The translations under genes and the position numbers were made by a program. Shown in pieces: positions 10,407 to 23,800 of a DNA stretch of 64,000 bases (position 1 is the stretch's first letter; each line of letters starts with the position of its first letter). The notes beneath the pieces were generated by a model. It worked only from the letters and a program-made list of their open reading frames with translations. It was not told the DNA's origin and did not search any database. This DNA comes from Rhizaria sp. SCN 62-66. Its lineage: Eukaryota. The DNA is taken from contig MEDY01000103.1 in assembly GCA_001724265.1 (NCBI GenBank), positions 1 to 64,000 of the forward strand. The letters are read 5' to 3'.

Positions 10407-12855
10407 TCACTGCTTGGCAAGAGCAATCATCTTGGCAAGGGCCTTAGCGCCCACCTGTGCCTCAGCAGCCAGCGTCGGGTCTCCGTGACGCGCCACAACT
10501 TGCATTGCACACATCACGCCCGACAGACTCTTGTCCAGAGCACGCCGTTGCGCCTGCACGAGCGCGGGCGCCGCCGCAGACTGCAGGGCTGCAGCCGCGG
10601 CCGCGAGCGACGGGGCCGGCGCGTTGACCGCAGCCGCAACGGCTGCCGCGATCTTCTTGTAGGTGTGCGCAGCGTCGCTGGGGACAGGGGCGGCGACAGC
10701 AGCAGCGATCACGGTTACAGTGAGTCGGGCGAGCTCGTAGCGCAGCATCGCCACGGGACACAGCGCACTCGTGAGCACGGAAGTGGAAGTGAGGCCGCCC
10801 GCAGAGCCACAAAGCGCGCGTACCCATGGCCAGCCCGCGCTCGATGCCGCACGCGCGGCGTCAAACTTAGGGCTTTCGGACTCGTCGCCGTCCGCAAGAG
10901 CCACTGTCGCAGTGGTGCTGGCGCTGGCGGCGTCAAGAAGCGTCTTGAAAGCTAGCCGCACAAGCAGCACGGCGTGCGACTGCAGGCGCGGGACCGAAGC
11001 CTGCAGCTGCAGCGCAGGCGCACGGGCGAGCGCGAGGCACGGCGCCGGCGCGGGCGCAGAGACGGTGAGCGTGGGCCGTCCCTCGCTCACGCCACGGGTG
11101 ACCGTGGGTAGCACAACGGGGCCTGAAGACGCGTTCAGAGTGGGCAGGGCAGTAAGCAGCGCGTGGTAGAGATGGAGGAACGCGAACATGTCCTCGACCT
11201 CCATATTGGTGCCATCACCAGTGCTACTCGCAGTGGTCGCAGCGCTCGAGTCGCTGGAGGTTGATGGCAATGGTAGCGGGGCGCGTGCGCAGAGCGACTG
11301 AACCTGCTTGCCCCATGTAGCAACGTCGGCCTCGCTCGCGCTGGCGGGGCCGGAGCAAAGCTGCGCAAGCGCGGCCACGGTCGCAGGCCAGAGCGCTGCG
11401 TTCTCCGTCGTAGTAACAGCAGGTGCAGCAACCGAGACAGCCCAGGGGGCATCTGCAGGCGCGGACGCGGGATATGGCGGGCGCCAAGCAAGCGCAAGCA
11501 CCGCGCTCACGGTCGCAACACTGGTGTCGCTGCCGCCAGACGCGGCAAGAACGCACGCGGCGCGCCGCGGGCAGAGTGTCTCAGGCTGCTGTTGCTGCTG
11601 TTGGTGCTGCTGGGGCTGACGCGGAGCACCGCCGCTGGATAAATCCTCAGAAGGTAGCAGGGCACGCAGGAAAGCAAGTGCAGCGGCTGCGGCAGCAAGA
11701 CGGTCAACAGCCGAGGCCGCGGTAGGAAGCACTGGCGGTGCGCTAACGGTGGCTGTGTTCTCAGTGACTGCGGGGTGCGGTGCCAGTGCAGCGGCCAGCT
11801 CGGCCCAGCCCAGCGCCGCGGCGGCCTGAACAGCCTCTATGTGGCTCAAATGCGCGCCGTTGCCGCTCTCGGGCGACAACGCGTCCGCAATGATGTCGGT
11901 GAACTGGGGCACACTACTCGCGGTCACCTTGCTCGCGCCGTTCGCTGCGGCGGCGCGCAGCCGCGGGAGCAGCGCCTGCAGGCTGGTGAGAAGCGCGAGC
12001 GCCTTGGACCGTGTCGCAAGCGTGGGCAACGAGCACAGGGACTCCAAAGCATCTGCGGTCTCAGCCGCTGCTGAGGTTGCAGCAGACTCTGCGCCTGTGT
12101 CAGGGAGCACTGGCCGACCAAGGAGGCGGCTCGTGGCGTCATATGTAAGGCCGTTGTGCCGCAGCATAACCGCCAGCAAGCTGGGCGCACCGGTGCTGCT
12201 ATCAGTGATTGCAGAAACCAGCGCAGCAGCAGCCTCCATTGCTGCTGCAGTCGACTTGGAACCAGGTCCCGCGAGTGCGGTAGTGAGAGCACCCGCCGCG
12301 AGCGCTGCGGCAGAGGCCAGGCACGACACCACCTTGGCCGGGCCAGCGGCCGCAGCCTCAACGGTTGCGGCATCAGCCCGTGTTAGTGACCTCGCGCCCG
12401 TGCTCTCGGCCGCGGCAAGCAGCGCTGGGGCCGCAGCGTCGGTGGCCGAGGCAATGGAATGCGCCCAAAGCGGGCACAGCGCGGGCAAAGTGCGCGCAAA
12501 CGCGGCAGCACACGCCGTGCTTGCGGCCGCGCGGGACACTGCGCCAGCCAAGACAAGTGCCGAAGCGAAGGTCGCCAAGTGACCTTGCAGCCACGACAGC
12601 GGTGCGCGGGCGAACTTACCGTCCTCGTCCTCGTCTACATCGTCTTCGTCCTCATCCTCGTCTTCAGTATTGGCGTCAGTGTCGTTATTTGCCTCGGTGC
12701 AGTCCTTGGTATCAGACTGCGCAGCAACAGCGACAGCAGCGGTAGTGCGCGCCTGAACGGTGGCGAGCGCCGTCGCGCCAGCATCTTTACGAGGGGACAC
12801 ATTCTGCAGCCCAGCCCAGGAGATGACAGTCGCGCCGGCACCAGCGGCGTCCGCA

Positions 12856-12886
<31 letters not shown>

Positions 12887-14579
12887 CAACAGGTGACATG
12901 GCAGATGCGGCAGCGGACACTGCCGTAGAAAGCTCGGCAGCGGCGGCAGGCGCAACAGCCTTGATCCATGCCGCCACCCCAGCACTGGCACGGGCACTCG
13001 CGCTGCCGCTGGCAGAAGCCAGTTGCTGCGTAGGCGGCTGCAACGGTGACTGGGACATGGCGGAGAGCATAGCGCTGGCGGCGGCATGGACAAAAGCAGC
13101 AAGACCGGCAGTCACGGGGGCAGTTGAAAGCGCGCCTGACTTCACATCTGTACAAGCGGGAGCAAATGCGGCTTCCAGAGCCTTATCAGTGACAGCGTTC
13201 GCTCCCGTCGAAGCAGAAACAGCAGCCACCGCGGCGGTTGCAACAGAAGCGCGCCCGCTCCGGGATCCTGCGGCAGTAACTGCGACGACGGCAGCGGGGG
13301 CTAGCGCAATACTGGGCGCCAGAGCGGCCAGCGCTGCGGAGAGCGTCGCCGCGTTCGCGCTTGTATTGGCGTTCGAATTAGCGCTCGAACGCGGAGAAGG
13401 CGCGAGTGCAGCGACGGCCTTCGCAAGCGTAAGTGCGGTGCTCTCGTCCGCGGCCGCAGTCAGCAGAGAGAGGAGCTGCGCCAGCGTCTCGTCGACAGGG
13501 CCGGTCTCCGGCAACGTGGTGGCCGCGCTCGCGCTCTGGCCTCCGCGAGAAACGTTGGCGATTGCGGCGGCGGCGGATGCAACGTTGGCAAGCGTAAGCG
13601 CCAGCGCTGCTGGACCGGAGCCCGCAAGAGAGACCGTGAGTAGCGCCCGCAGCGCGGCCGCCCGAGTCAACGCGGCCGCAGGCGCGAGGATGCCGGTGGA
13701 GGCGACAGTGAGGGCGGCCTGCATCGGGACAGTGAACAGCGACTGAGGGCTGCGGGCCGCCCCAGCGCCGGCTGCGGCGGCAGCGTAAGGGGCGGCGGGA
13801 ACTGGAGCAGCCACAGACCACGGGGCCGTGGAGGCTGCAGCAGCGGAGCCCGGGGTGGCCGTGAGCAGCGCGGTGAGGGGCGCAAGAGCGGGGAGGAGGC
13901 TGTCAGAGTCGCCACTGGCGTCGGCATCGTCGCTATCGTCATCGCCAAGCGCATTACCAGCGCTATCATCGTTGTCATTATCCGCGGGACAGTCGTCGGG
14001 CGCAGAGAGGTTGCTCAGAAGAGCGGGGAAGCGGGTCAGCGTCAGTGCGACAGCAGCAGCGAGCTCGGTATCTGTCTCAGGGGTAGCACCTGATGACTTA
14101 GATGCGTCGTGAGAAATAAGCGACAGCAACGAAACATCATGTGTAGCAATGGCGTGCTGAGTGGCCGCATTGAGTGCGGCAGCGGCGGCCGGAAGCAGTG
14201 GAAGTGGGCCGGGGGCGAGTGAGGCAGGGACTGCGATGGGGACGCCTGTGAAGACGTGGATAAACGGAAGCGCAGATGCGATGTCGCAAGAAAGATTAAC
14301 GGCCACACATAGTAAGGCATCAAGCACACGCACTGCTAAAGTATCGGGAACGTGGGCCAGTGCAGCCACACATGCGTCGGCAACGTAGAACGTGAGCGCG
14401 TAGGCATCAGCTGCGTCACTTGATACGGGGAATGAAGAGCTGAACGTAGAAGAGCCAACAGAGCCGAACTTAGCCTCCAGCGCGGCATATGTCAGGCCCC
14501 GCAGTGTGGAGCGAGTATGAGGGCTACGGGTAGCATTGCGAAACGCCTCCGCTGCAGCAACGGACAGATGAGTTGACAT
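10407..14579 (-). CDS. Uncharacterised 1390-aa Ala-rich protein, probably an alpha-solenoid; single exon
   Basis: Long ORF filling a GC-rich block bounded by AT-rich spacers, with amphipathic helical segments, an acidic tract and poly-Q. No family recognised. Stop TGA. Confidence 0.8.
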
Positions 14580-14999
14580 GCGAAAGCAAGGTGCCGCGCG
14601 CCACTAGGAGCAGAGGAGCAACCGCTGTTTGAAAATGTATATGTTGAGGAATAGAGAAATGAAATATAAATGAATAGGAACAACATGATTCATATCAAAA
14701 CAAAAGAAAAACATGAAACTTGACGATAAAGCTATCGCAAGAAGCTGTATGGAAAATCAAAGGTTGGCCTCAGAAAGAACACCTCGAGCGATTTGTGGTG
14801 AGACTCGTGACAACCTAAATTACGTCGTCGTACATCATGTAAAAAGCCGCAACCTGGGTAAAAGTAAAGTAATTTACATAAAACACATGGGGATAGCCGA
14901 AATTCGCTCCTGTGCTCCACGCACAGTCGAGCTTGCGTCCTATCAGTCCGCTATTAAATGCTGCACAACATGTTCGAGTCAAAGTAAGTTAATTATCGT

Positions 15000-16931
15000 T
15001 CATTCCTCGTCTTTGCCGGAGTCCATGCGGCCCGCTTCGGTTTCGCCGAGCGTCGGCAACGGCCCAGTAGCGCCCGGCAGTTGCCCGGGCCCCGCAGCAA
15101 CGAAGCTTTGCTGCCGGGAGCGCGAGTAGCTCGCCTCGCCGTACATGCTCTCGTAGTAGTCGAGCTTGGCCTTCTCGCTCTCGCTCATCTCGCCCGTGCC
15201 CGCCGCGTCAATCGTCGGCACCGCGCGCGCGGCGGCTTCGCTTGCCACGTGACTCACGCGCCGCTCGAGGCCCTTGCCGCCTTTGGCGGCGGCGGACGTC
15301 GCAACGGGCGTCTGCGCGGCGCTGCTGCTGCGCGAGCGCGACTGCAGCGCATCCAGGTCGTTCGACACCGGGTAAAAGCTGTAGCGGCGGGAGTTTTTCT
15401 GTCCCGTGCTCGGCGCCGAGTCGTCCGGCTCGTCCTCGACGGCCACGGTGGGCGCCGCGAGCTCCGGCAGCGCGGGCGCCAGGCCCGTGGTCGACGCGCC
15501 GTACGAGTACTGGTTACTGCTCTGTTGCGGCTGCTGTTGCTGCTGTTGCTGTGCCTGGAGGTGCGCCTGCGTGGCCGCGGTCAGCGATGTGCGCGCGCGC
15601 GGCGTGGGGCCGCGGCTGTCGACCTCGTCGCCGCCGCTGTCGCCGCGCTTGCCCTTGCCCCTGCCCTGGCCGAACACGCTGTTGCGCGCGCCACGGAACT
15701 CGTCCTCGCCGTCGTCGTCGCCAAGATCGGCGGTGTCGTTGTTGTTGTTAGCAGAGTCGGGGTCGGCCTCGTCGTCGCTCTCGCGCTGCCCACGGTCCGC
15801 GCCGCGACCCCGACCCCCCTTGCTGGGAGGCCGCGCGCCGCCGCCGAAGCCTGTGGCCGTGACCGTGGTCGCCGCGTCGCTGCCGCCGGTGAAGTTGATG
15901 CGGATCCCGCTGCCGCGGCCGCCGCCGCTGCCCACGGGCAGCTCGCCCTCGTCGTCGCTGAACAGCGACGAGGGCCGCGGGTCCTCGCGCGCGCCCGCGC
16001 CCGCGCCCGCACTGGCGCCGCCCGCGCCGCCGTCCTCGCCGGGTTGCGGGAAGTGCAGACGACCGCCCGCGCGCACGCGCGCCCCCGCGGCGGGCAGCGG
16101 CGCGGGCTGCGAGACGGGCCAGGCGAACTCAAGCGCGCCAGGCACGGCCAGCGGCGCGGGCGGCGGCGCGCGGGACAGGTCAGGGTTATAGTGGTCAGTG
16201 AGCTCGGCGTCGTAGGCCTCGCGGCGGAGCTCCTCCTCGGCGCGCGCGGCGGCAAGCTGGTGCGCGGGCAGCGAGAGCGGCTGGCCGGCGTTGCGCCAGG
16301 ACCGCAGCGCGCGGGCCTCCTGGGAGACGGCGCAGGAGCGGCAGAAGAGGTGCGTCAGACAGGCCGCCGAGGTCGACTGCTCGAGCACGCCGAGGAGCCG
16401 CTGCGTGTGCTGGCGCTGCAGGCCGCAAAGACAGGTGGTGAGAACACAGCCGGCGAGACAGGAGCCGCGGCCGGCGAGGTGGAAGTTCTGCCCCGCGACG
16501 CAGGGTGAGCAGAGGAAGGAGGCGACGCACAGCCCGGGCTCGTCGCAGCAGCCGCAGAGCCCGTCGGAGAGGATGCGCTGCCAGGGGAACATCTCCGCCG
16601 GAGGAGAGAAAAGGGCCGTGGTGCCTGGGGACAGAAGGTCCGGGCCTGCGCCCGAGGCCGAGGACGGCGCGCGCGGCGGGGAGAAATTGTACCGATGACT
16701 CGAGGTTGAGGTGGCGGGCTTGCTAGCGGCGGGGGCGGGCGCTGAGGACGCAGCGGCGCCACCAGCGGGTGCAAACGCAGACGGGCCAAAGTTCAGCGCG
16801 CGCTCAGTGGCATCGGGACACGTGGACGCAGTGACAGGCTGGCTGCGGTGAGCGTCGGGGCTCCCATCACGAAGACCGTACTTGGGGTGATTGGTATCGG
16901 TGAGAAGCGCCGAAGCGCCACTAGAAGACAT
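15000..16931 (-). CDS. PLAC8-family cysteine-rich domain protein with a long disordered C-terminus
   Basis: 'WQRILSDGLCGCCDEPGLCVASFLCSPCVAGQN ... R..TQRLLGV ... ACLTHLFCRSCAVSQEARAL' matches the PLAC8 pattern. Stop TGA. Confidence 0.85.
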   Translation of the reverse strand: MSSSGASALLTDTNHPKYGLRDGSPDAHRSQPVTASTCPDATERALNFGPSAFAPAGGAAASSAPAPAASKPATSTSSHRYNFSPPRAPSSASGAGPDLLSPGTTALFSPPAEMFPWQRILSDGLCGCCDEPGLCVASFLCSPCVAGQNFHLAGRGSCLAGCVLTTCLCGLQRQHTQRLLGVLEQSTSAACLTHLFCRSCAVSQEARALRSWRNAGQPLSLPAHQLAAARAEEELRREAYDAELTDHYNPDLSRAPPPAPLAVPGALEFAWPVSQPAPLPAAGARVRAGGRLHFPQPGEDGGAGGASAGAGAGAREDPRPSSLFSDDEGELPVGSGGGRGSGIRINFTGGSDAATTVTATGFGGGARPPSKGGRGRGADRGQRESDDEADPDSANNNNDTADLGDDDGEDEFRGARNSVFGQGRGKGKRGDSGGDEVDSRGPTPRARTSLTAATQAHLQAQQQQQQQPQQSSNQYSYGASTTGLAPALPELAAPTVAVEDEPDDSAPSTGQKNSRRYSFYPVSNDLDALQSRSRSSSAAQTPVATSAAAKGGKGLERRVSHVASEAAARAVPTIDAAGTGEMSESEKAKLDYYESMYGEASYSRSRQQSFVAAGPGQLPGATGPLPTLGETEAGRMDSGKDEE

Positions 16932-17844
16932 TTATACACAGTGTCTTACAAAAATAATGCGCGCTTTGTACGCGCACAGAGTAGTAAATGTTGGTATTGT
17001 GAGTTAGGATGGGTGTAAGAAAGCGCAAAAGCACGTGAGGGCAATCGGCGACGTGGACAAGCAGAATGCAGATGTTTAAAACAGCATAGTACACGTCGAA
17101 GAAGACTTAGGATTGTAATGTTATTTAAAAGACAACTTTCATGCACAAGAGTGAAATCGTAACTCGAGTGAGAGCTTGACTCTACAAACATTTTGAATCG
17201 TGTGAAAAGTGATAAATAGCTCCTGGACCCTGCCTCGCCGCCACTGCCACAGTAGCCGTTGTGGTTGCTACTTCAGAAATTGCTCGTGTCGAATGACACC
17301 ACTGCTTGATGAAGCAGGAGTCGTACAAACTTCAAGTATCGCCCGGCCTTATTAATTATAAACTCTTTATTCGAGCGGCTCTACTATACGTAACTGTTCT
17401 AACGTATCTATCCATCACTTTTGAAACCCGAGAAATCAAACGAACTGTATTTTAGAGTCAATTTTGTGGTCAAATGTACAAGAAGGGAACTTATCCCAGC
17501 AATTGGCAACCGTTGCAAAACAAGAAAAAACAATGAGATGTCGCAATCACGCGACAGGAGGCACAAACTGCCCACAAGCAGCAAATGAAAAATCCAAGGA
17601 AACAAATCTTGAGCATCTTACATCACGCCCACAAACTGATGATACTACAACATGAAACATGCTAACAGGACAAAATAAAAATGATAAAGAGGAGGAAAAC
17701 ACAGCACCCTCCCCTCCTTGACAGCACAAAAAGTTAGATATTACATTTTAAATTTTAACATGATCGAAATAACAACAAACGGAAATATTGATGACAATGT
17801 CCAATATTGCTACTTACACAGAAGCGCGCTGTCGTGCTTGTTCT

Positions 17845-20800
17845 TTACTCATTGAGAACGCCAAGTGCCGAAGTGATGCTGTCGGTGCGACGCGAGCGCA
17901 TGCCGGGCGAGCCGGGGGCGTTAGTCGGCGGCAGCACAATGATGCTACCAGAGCGGTTCACAGACGGCGACGCCAGCGCAGCCGCGGCGGGTGACATCGG
18001 GGACTCTCGCGGGCGCGCCATCGGCGACGCAGTCGTGGACCCGGCGTTGGAGCCCGCAAGCGTGGACGAGCGGATGAGCAGCGGCACGGGCATGCGCGGG
18101 CGCGAGGGGTCCGAGGCGTCGACGACGGGTGCGTTGGGCATGACGACGCTACCGCGCGGCGTCATGGCGACGCTGCCGCGAGGGGTCATGTTGCCGCCAC
18201 CCTTGCCATCCAGCATCGCAGTCGGGAACGAGAAGATGTCGCTGCTGCTCGCCGACGCCAGCGACGACGACAGCGGAGTCCCGCCCGAGATGCTGCCGCG
18301 GCTGCGCGCCGACACCATCGGCGACAGCGGGATCGCAAAGCCAGACACGCCGATGGGGCGCTGCGCACGCGCACCCTTGCCGAGACGCTTGCGCTCAGCC
18401 TCAAGAATCTTGTCCTGCGCCTCCTTGAGCGCCTCGTTGACGCGCGGCGCCACGTGCGGCGACTGGGGGCCCGCGATGGAGCCCGCGCGCTGGGTGCGGA
18501 AGAAGGGGTGGATCGACGTGCCATGGGCAAGGCCGAGCGCGAGCGGGCCGTTGCGCAGCGCCTGCTCCAGCGCCGTGATGCGGCGACGCGCGATGCGCAG
18601 CTCCGCGCGCAGCGCTGCCAGACGCTTGCACAGCGTGGCGACGTCGCACTTAGCATCCTCAGCCATGGCCTTGGCCTCCTCGCTCATGTCCTTCTCCTCC
18701 TCGGCCGCGGTCTGGCGGCCTGCAGCGGCCGCAGCGGCGCCCTCGGAGCCCATCGTCGGCGACAGCAGCGCAGCCAGTGACTCCTCCGTCAGACTCTCCT
18801 CCATGCGGCCGTCGGGGCCCACGCGGGAGCGCGCCTGCGCGAGGGCTTCGCGAGTGGCCGCAACGTCAGCCTCGAGGTCGGCAACGCGCTGCGCCAGCTC
18901 GGCACGCTGGGCGGCGGCAGCGGCAGCGGCCTCAGCGGCAACAGCCTCAGCCTCGGCACGCGCTGATATCAGTGAGCTCTCGGCGTCGTCCTTGGCCTCC
19001 TCCGCCGCCACAGCGCGCTTGAGCGTGCTGTCGCGCTCCTCACGCACGGCGGCGAGCTCGCGCGCGACAGTGGCAAGACGCTCGTCATCCGACTGCGCGG
19101 CCATTGACTCAAGCGCGCTCTCAGCCTTATCGCAGCGCTCGCGGAGCGCAGCGGCCTCCTCCGCAGCAGCAGCTGCAGCGCGCGTGTGGCGAGCAGCGTC
19201 GCTGTTGGCGATAGAAAGGTCGGCCGCGGTGCGCGCCAGCTGCGCCGTGAGACCGGGACAGTCGCGGCACGACGCCGTGGCCGTGTCGACGCGGATCGTG
19301 ATCTGCACCGGTGCCGCAGGCGGGGGCGGCGCGTGGCGCGAGACCGAGTAGGGCTCCGTCACGATGCCTCCCAAAACGGCAGGAGAGTCGTCGGTCGGGA
19401 TACGCAGCGACAGGCCCTTGCTGTCCTCGTCAGTGCGCTTTTTCACATCAGCGGCCGCACGTGCCTCGGCCTCTGCAGCGGAGGCACGCAAAGACGCGTT
19501 CTCTTCCTCAAGACGCTTCTGCTCGGTCTCGGCAGCAGTTTGAGCCTCAGCAGCAGCAGCGCGGGCATCCTCAGCAGAGCTAGCGTCCGCCTCGGCCTTG
19601 CGGCGCGCAACGCGCTCCTCGTCACAAGTCGTGTGCAGCGCGGTGAGCTGTTCCTCGAGCTCAGAGCTGCGCTCGCGGGCCTTGTCGCGCTCCTCGGTGA
19701 CAGCCTTGAGCTGCTGTTGCTGCGCCTGAACAAGCTCATCGGTCGAGCCCTCAGCAACAGCAGCGAGAGACGCCTCCAGCTCACACACGCGCGCATGAGC
19801 GGCCTCGGCAGCCTCATCGCTGCGCTGTTTGGCCTCGACAAGACGCTCGCGCTCATCGCGCAGCACCTCAGCCTCCGCCTCACCAGCAGCCCGCAGACCC
19901 TTGGTCTCAGCGTGTGCCGCGCGCTCAGCTTCAAGCTTCTCGCGTGTCTCATTCGCATCCTCCTCGGCAGCCGCACGCGCACGCTCAGCGGTCTCAGCAA
20001 CGGCCTCAGCACGGGCTACTGCAGCGGCAGAGTCGGCGTCGGACGTAGCTTCTTCCTTCTTACTATTCTCCTTGATCTCATCCTCGAGCTTCTGCTGACG
20101 CTCGGCGACACGCTTGCGCTCGGCCTCGCGCTCGGCGTTCTCGGCCTCAACACGGCTACGAGCGGCCTCGGCCTCGGCCTCCGCACGCGCGGCCGCGAGA
20201 CGCAGTTCGTCGGCTTCTGCGTGGCACGCGGCGACCTTCTCCTCGAGCTCGGTCACGCGATCGCGAGAAGAGTCACGCTCTTCGGTCAACGCACGAATGC
20301 GCACCAACTGCGCCTGAACGAGCTCGTCGGTGCTGCCTTCGGCGACGGAGTTGAGCGAGTCCTCCAGCACGCGCGCGCGCTGCACGGTCGCGACGAGCTC
20401 CTCGCGCGCCAGGCGCGCAGACTCCTCAGCACGCTCGGCCTCGGCGGCACGCGCAGCAGCCTCCTGCTCCAGAGCAACGGCGGCAAGAGCGCGCTCAGCA
20501 GCCTCAGCACGCTCGGCGGCCAGCGCGGTCTGCGCGACCTCGGCCTCCTCGGCAGCGTATTCGCGCGCGCGCTCGACAGCAGCGAGTGCGACACGAGCCT
20601 CCTCCAGAGTCATCTCGGCAGCGTCGTCCTTCTTAGCATCGTCCTTCTCAGCGTCGGTGGCGCCCTCATCTGCGGCGTCGCCATCCTTGGCGCCCTCAGC
20701 GGACGCCGGGGCAGCGCACTCAACACTTGCCTCTGCACCATCGTGAACAGCGGGACCGTCGGCATCATCGGGATCAGCCATCGTCATCGCCGGCTCCTCA

Positions 20801-23800
20801 GTGGCGCTGGCAGTGGCTGCGGCAGTGCGCAGCTGCAGAATCTCCTCCTGGAGAGCCTCAACGCGAGCAGCGGATGTGGTGGCCTCGCGCTCGGCGTTCT
20901 CAGTAGCGGCGTCGCGCTCCTCAGTGGCCACCTGCGCCGCCAGCTCGGCCTGCTTCGCGCTGGCACGCGCCTCGTCGGCCGCAGTGTGCGCAGCGGCGGC
21001 CTCAGCCTCGATTTCGGCGATGCGCTCACGCGCGCCGTCGCGCTCCTCAGTGATAGCCTTGATCTGGGCCAGCTGTGCCTGGACAAGCTCGTCAGTAGAG
21101 CCCTCAGCAACCGAGTTCAAGGACGCCTCGAGCTCAGCCATGCGCTCGCGAGCAGCAGCGAGCTCCTCGCTAGTGCGTTCAGCATCAGCACGGGCGCGCT
21201 CAGCCTCAGCAGCAGCGGATTCGCGTGCGGCCTCGGCGCCTGCAGCAGCAACGCGGGCCTCGGTGGCAGCCGTGTGCTCCTGCTCCAACTGCTCGCGCAG
21301 CTTCGTGGCGTCGTCCACAGCCTCGGTGCGCGCGGTCTCAGCAGCCTCCTGACGCGCCTCAGCCGCGGCCGCGTCGGCGCGGGCAGCACCCAGCGCGGTC
21401 TGGAGCTCGGCAATCTTATCGGCAGTCTCAGCAGCAGAGGCAGCAGAAGCAGCCTCCTCAGAGCGGCGTTGCTCCGTCTGTTCGCGCGCCTCAGCCAGCT
21501 CAGCCTCAGCGACAGTGCGGGCCTCGGTAGCAGCAGTAGCGGAGGCCTCGGCCTGCGCAACGTTCGCCGCGGCCTCTGCGCGCGCCTCACGCTCAGAGGC
21601 GAGCTCAGCATCAAGGGCGGCGACGCGCTCGCGAGCAGCGTCGCGCTCCTCGGTGACAGCGCGGATCTGCTCCTGCTGCGCCTGGACAAGCTCGTCCGTG
21701 GAGCCCTCTGCAATCGAGGCCAGCGAAGCCTCCAGAGCAGTAACACGCTCCTGAGCAGCAGCCAAGTCAGCGTCAGCGCGCTCCTTAGCCTCAGTCAGGT
21801 GAGTGCGCGTCTCAGCGTCCGTCTCAGCGCGTGCGCGGAGCGTAGCAACCTCAACAGCAGTTTCCGCATGAGCCTCGCGGTCGGCAGCCAAGCGCTCGCG
21901 CAGCGACGCGACCTCAGCCTCAGCCTCAGCGCGGGCGCGCTCGGCAGCGGCAACAGCAGCGGACGCGGCGACGGGCTTCTCGTCCTCATCGTCGCCATCA
22001 GCCTTGACCTCGGCCTCAGCAGCCTCCGCGTCAGCCTTAGCCTCAGCAGCAGCTTCAGTAGCAGTCTCAGCAGTAGCAGTGGCCGCAGCAGCGGCGACAC
22101 GCGCACTCGCGAGCTCCTCCTCAAGCCTAGCGATCTCCGTCGCCGCGCGCTCCTTGGCACTCTCAGCGTCCTCGGTCGCCTGCTTCTCAGCAGCAGCAGC
22201 GGCCTCGGCAGCGGCCTCAGCGCGTGCCACATTCACCGCAGCCTCATCGGCCTTCGTGTGCGCGTCAGCAGCCTCCTGCTCCGCGGTTGCTACGCGCTCA
22301 CGAGCAGCATCACGCTCCTCGGTGACAGCCTTGATCTGTGCGAGCTGGGCCTGGACAAGCTCGTCAGTAGAGCCCTCAGCGACGGCGGCGAGCGATGCCT
22401 CAAGCTCCGCAACACGGGTACGAGCGCCCTCGACATCCTCATCAGCCTGCGCCTTGGCAGCAGTCAGACGTTCCTTCTCCTGAGCGGCAACTTCAGCAGC
22501 CGCAGCAGCCTCGGCAGCAGCCGTGCGGAGCTCGGCAGCCTCAGCACGCTCGCTCTCAAGCTTCTCATTCGCAGCAGCCGCCTCCTCCTCAGCAGCAGTG
22601 CGAGCACGTACTGCAGCGGCGGTCGCCGCTTGGGCGGTCGCAAGGTCCGCGGCAGCGTCAGCAGCAGCAGCGTCGCGCTCAGAGATGCGCTCGCGGAGAC
22701 GAGCAATCGTGACCGTCGAGTAGTCGTTCTCGGCAAGACCACCAGCGGCTACAGCGGCGCCCGCGGCGGTGGCAGCGGCAGTGGCAGAGCGTGCGGCAGC
22801 AACCTCCTCCTCAAGACGCTTGATCTCAGCATCAGCGCGCTCCTTGGCATTCGCAGCATCCTGCACGGCAGTCTTCTCGGCCTCGGTTGCGGCCTCGACC
22901 ACAGCCTCAGAGCGCGCGACGGCCACGCGGGCCTCGTCAGCGGCAGCGTTGGCCTCCTCGAGCTGCTGCGCCGACTCGGCCGCGCGCTCGCGGGCGGTGT
23001 CGCGCTCCTCGGTCAGCGCCTTGATCTGTGCCAACTGCGCCTGCACCAACTCGTCAGTCGAGCCCTCGGCCACGGTGTTCAGCGAAGCCTCCAGCTCGGC
23101 CAGACGCACCAGCGCGGCCTCGTAGTCCGCCTCAGTCTGCTCCTTAGCGGCGGTCAGACGCGCGTGCTCGGCTGCAGCAGCCTCGGCACGAGCGTCCCTC
23201 TCGGCCGCGTCGGCACGGAGCGCGGCAGCGGCCTCACGCTCAGCGGTGAGCTCAATGTTCGCGGTGGCAGCGTCTTCCTCAGCACGGGAGCGGGCGCGGT
23301 CAGCAGCCTCACGAGCAGCCTCAGCCTGAGCGGCGGCGATGAGCGCATCGGATAACTTAGCACGAAGCTCTGCGTCGGCGTTGTTCTCCTCACCGTGAGC
23401 AGCAGCAACGGCGGTGACGTTCGCGACGGTAGCGGCCGTGGTAGCGGCGCGCGCGGCAGCGAGCTGCTGCTCAAGAGTAGCGATCTCGCTGTCAGCGCGC
23501 TCCTTGGCAGCCGTTGCGTCGGCGTGCGCCGTCTGTTCAGCCTCGGAGGCCGCCGCAGCGCTCGCCTCAGCGCGCGCCACAGTAATCTTAAGCTCCTCCG
23601 CAGCAGCGTGCAGCTCATCAACCTCATCACTGCGTGCGCGCACGCGCTCAAGAGCAGCGTCGCGCTCCTCAGTAGCAGCCTTGATTTGCTGCTGCTGGGC
23701 CTGCACGAGCTCGTCGGTCGAGCCCTCAGCGACCGCAGCCAGCGATGCCTCCAACTCACGGACGCGCTCAGTGGCAGCGTCAGCGGTGTTCTCGGCCTCC

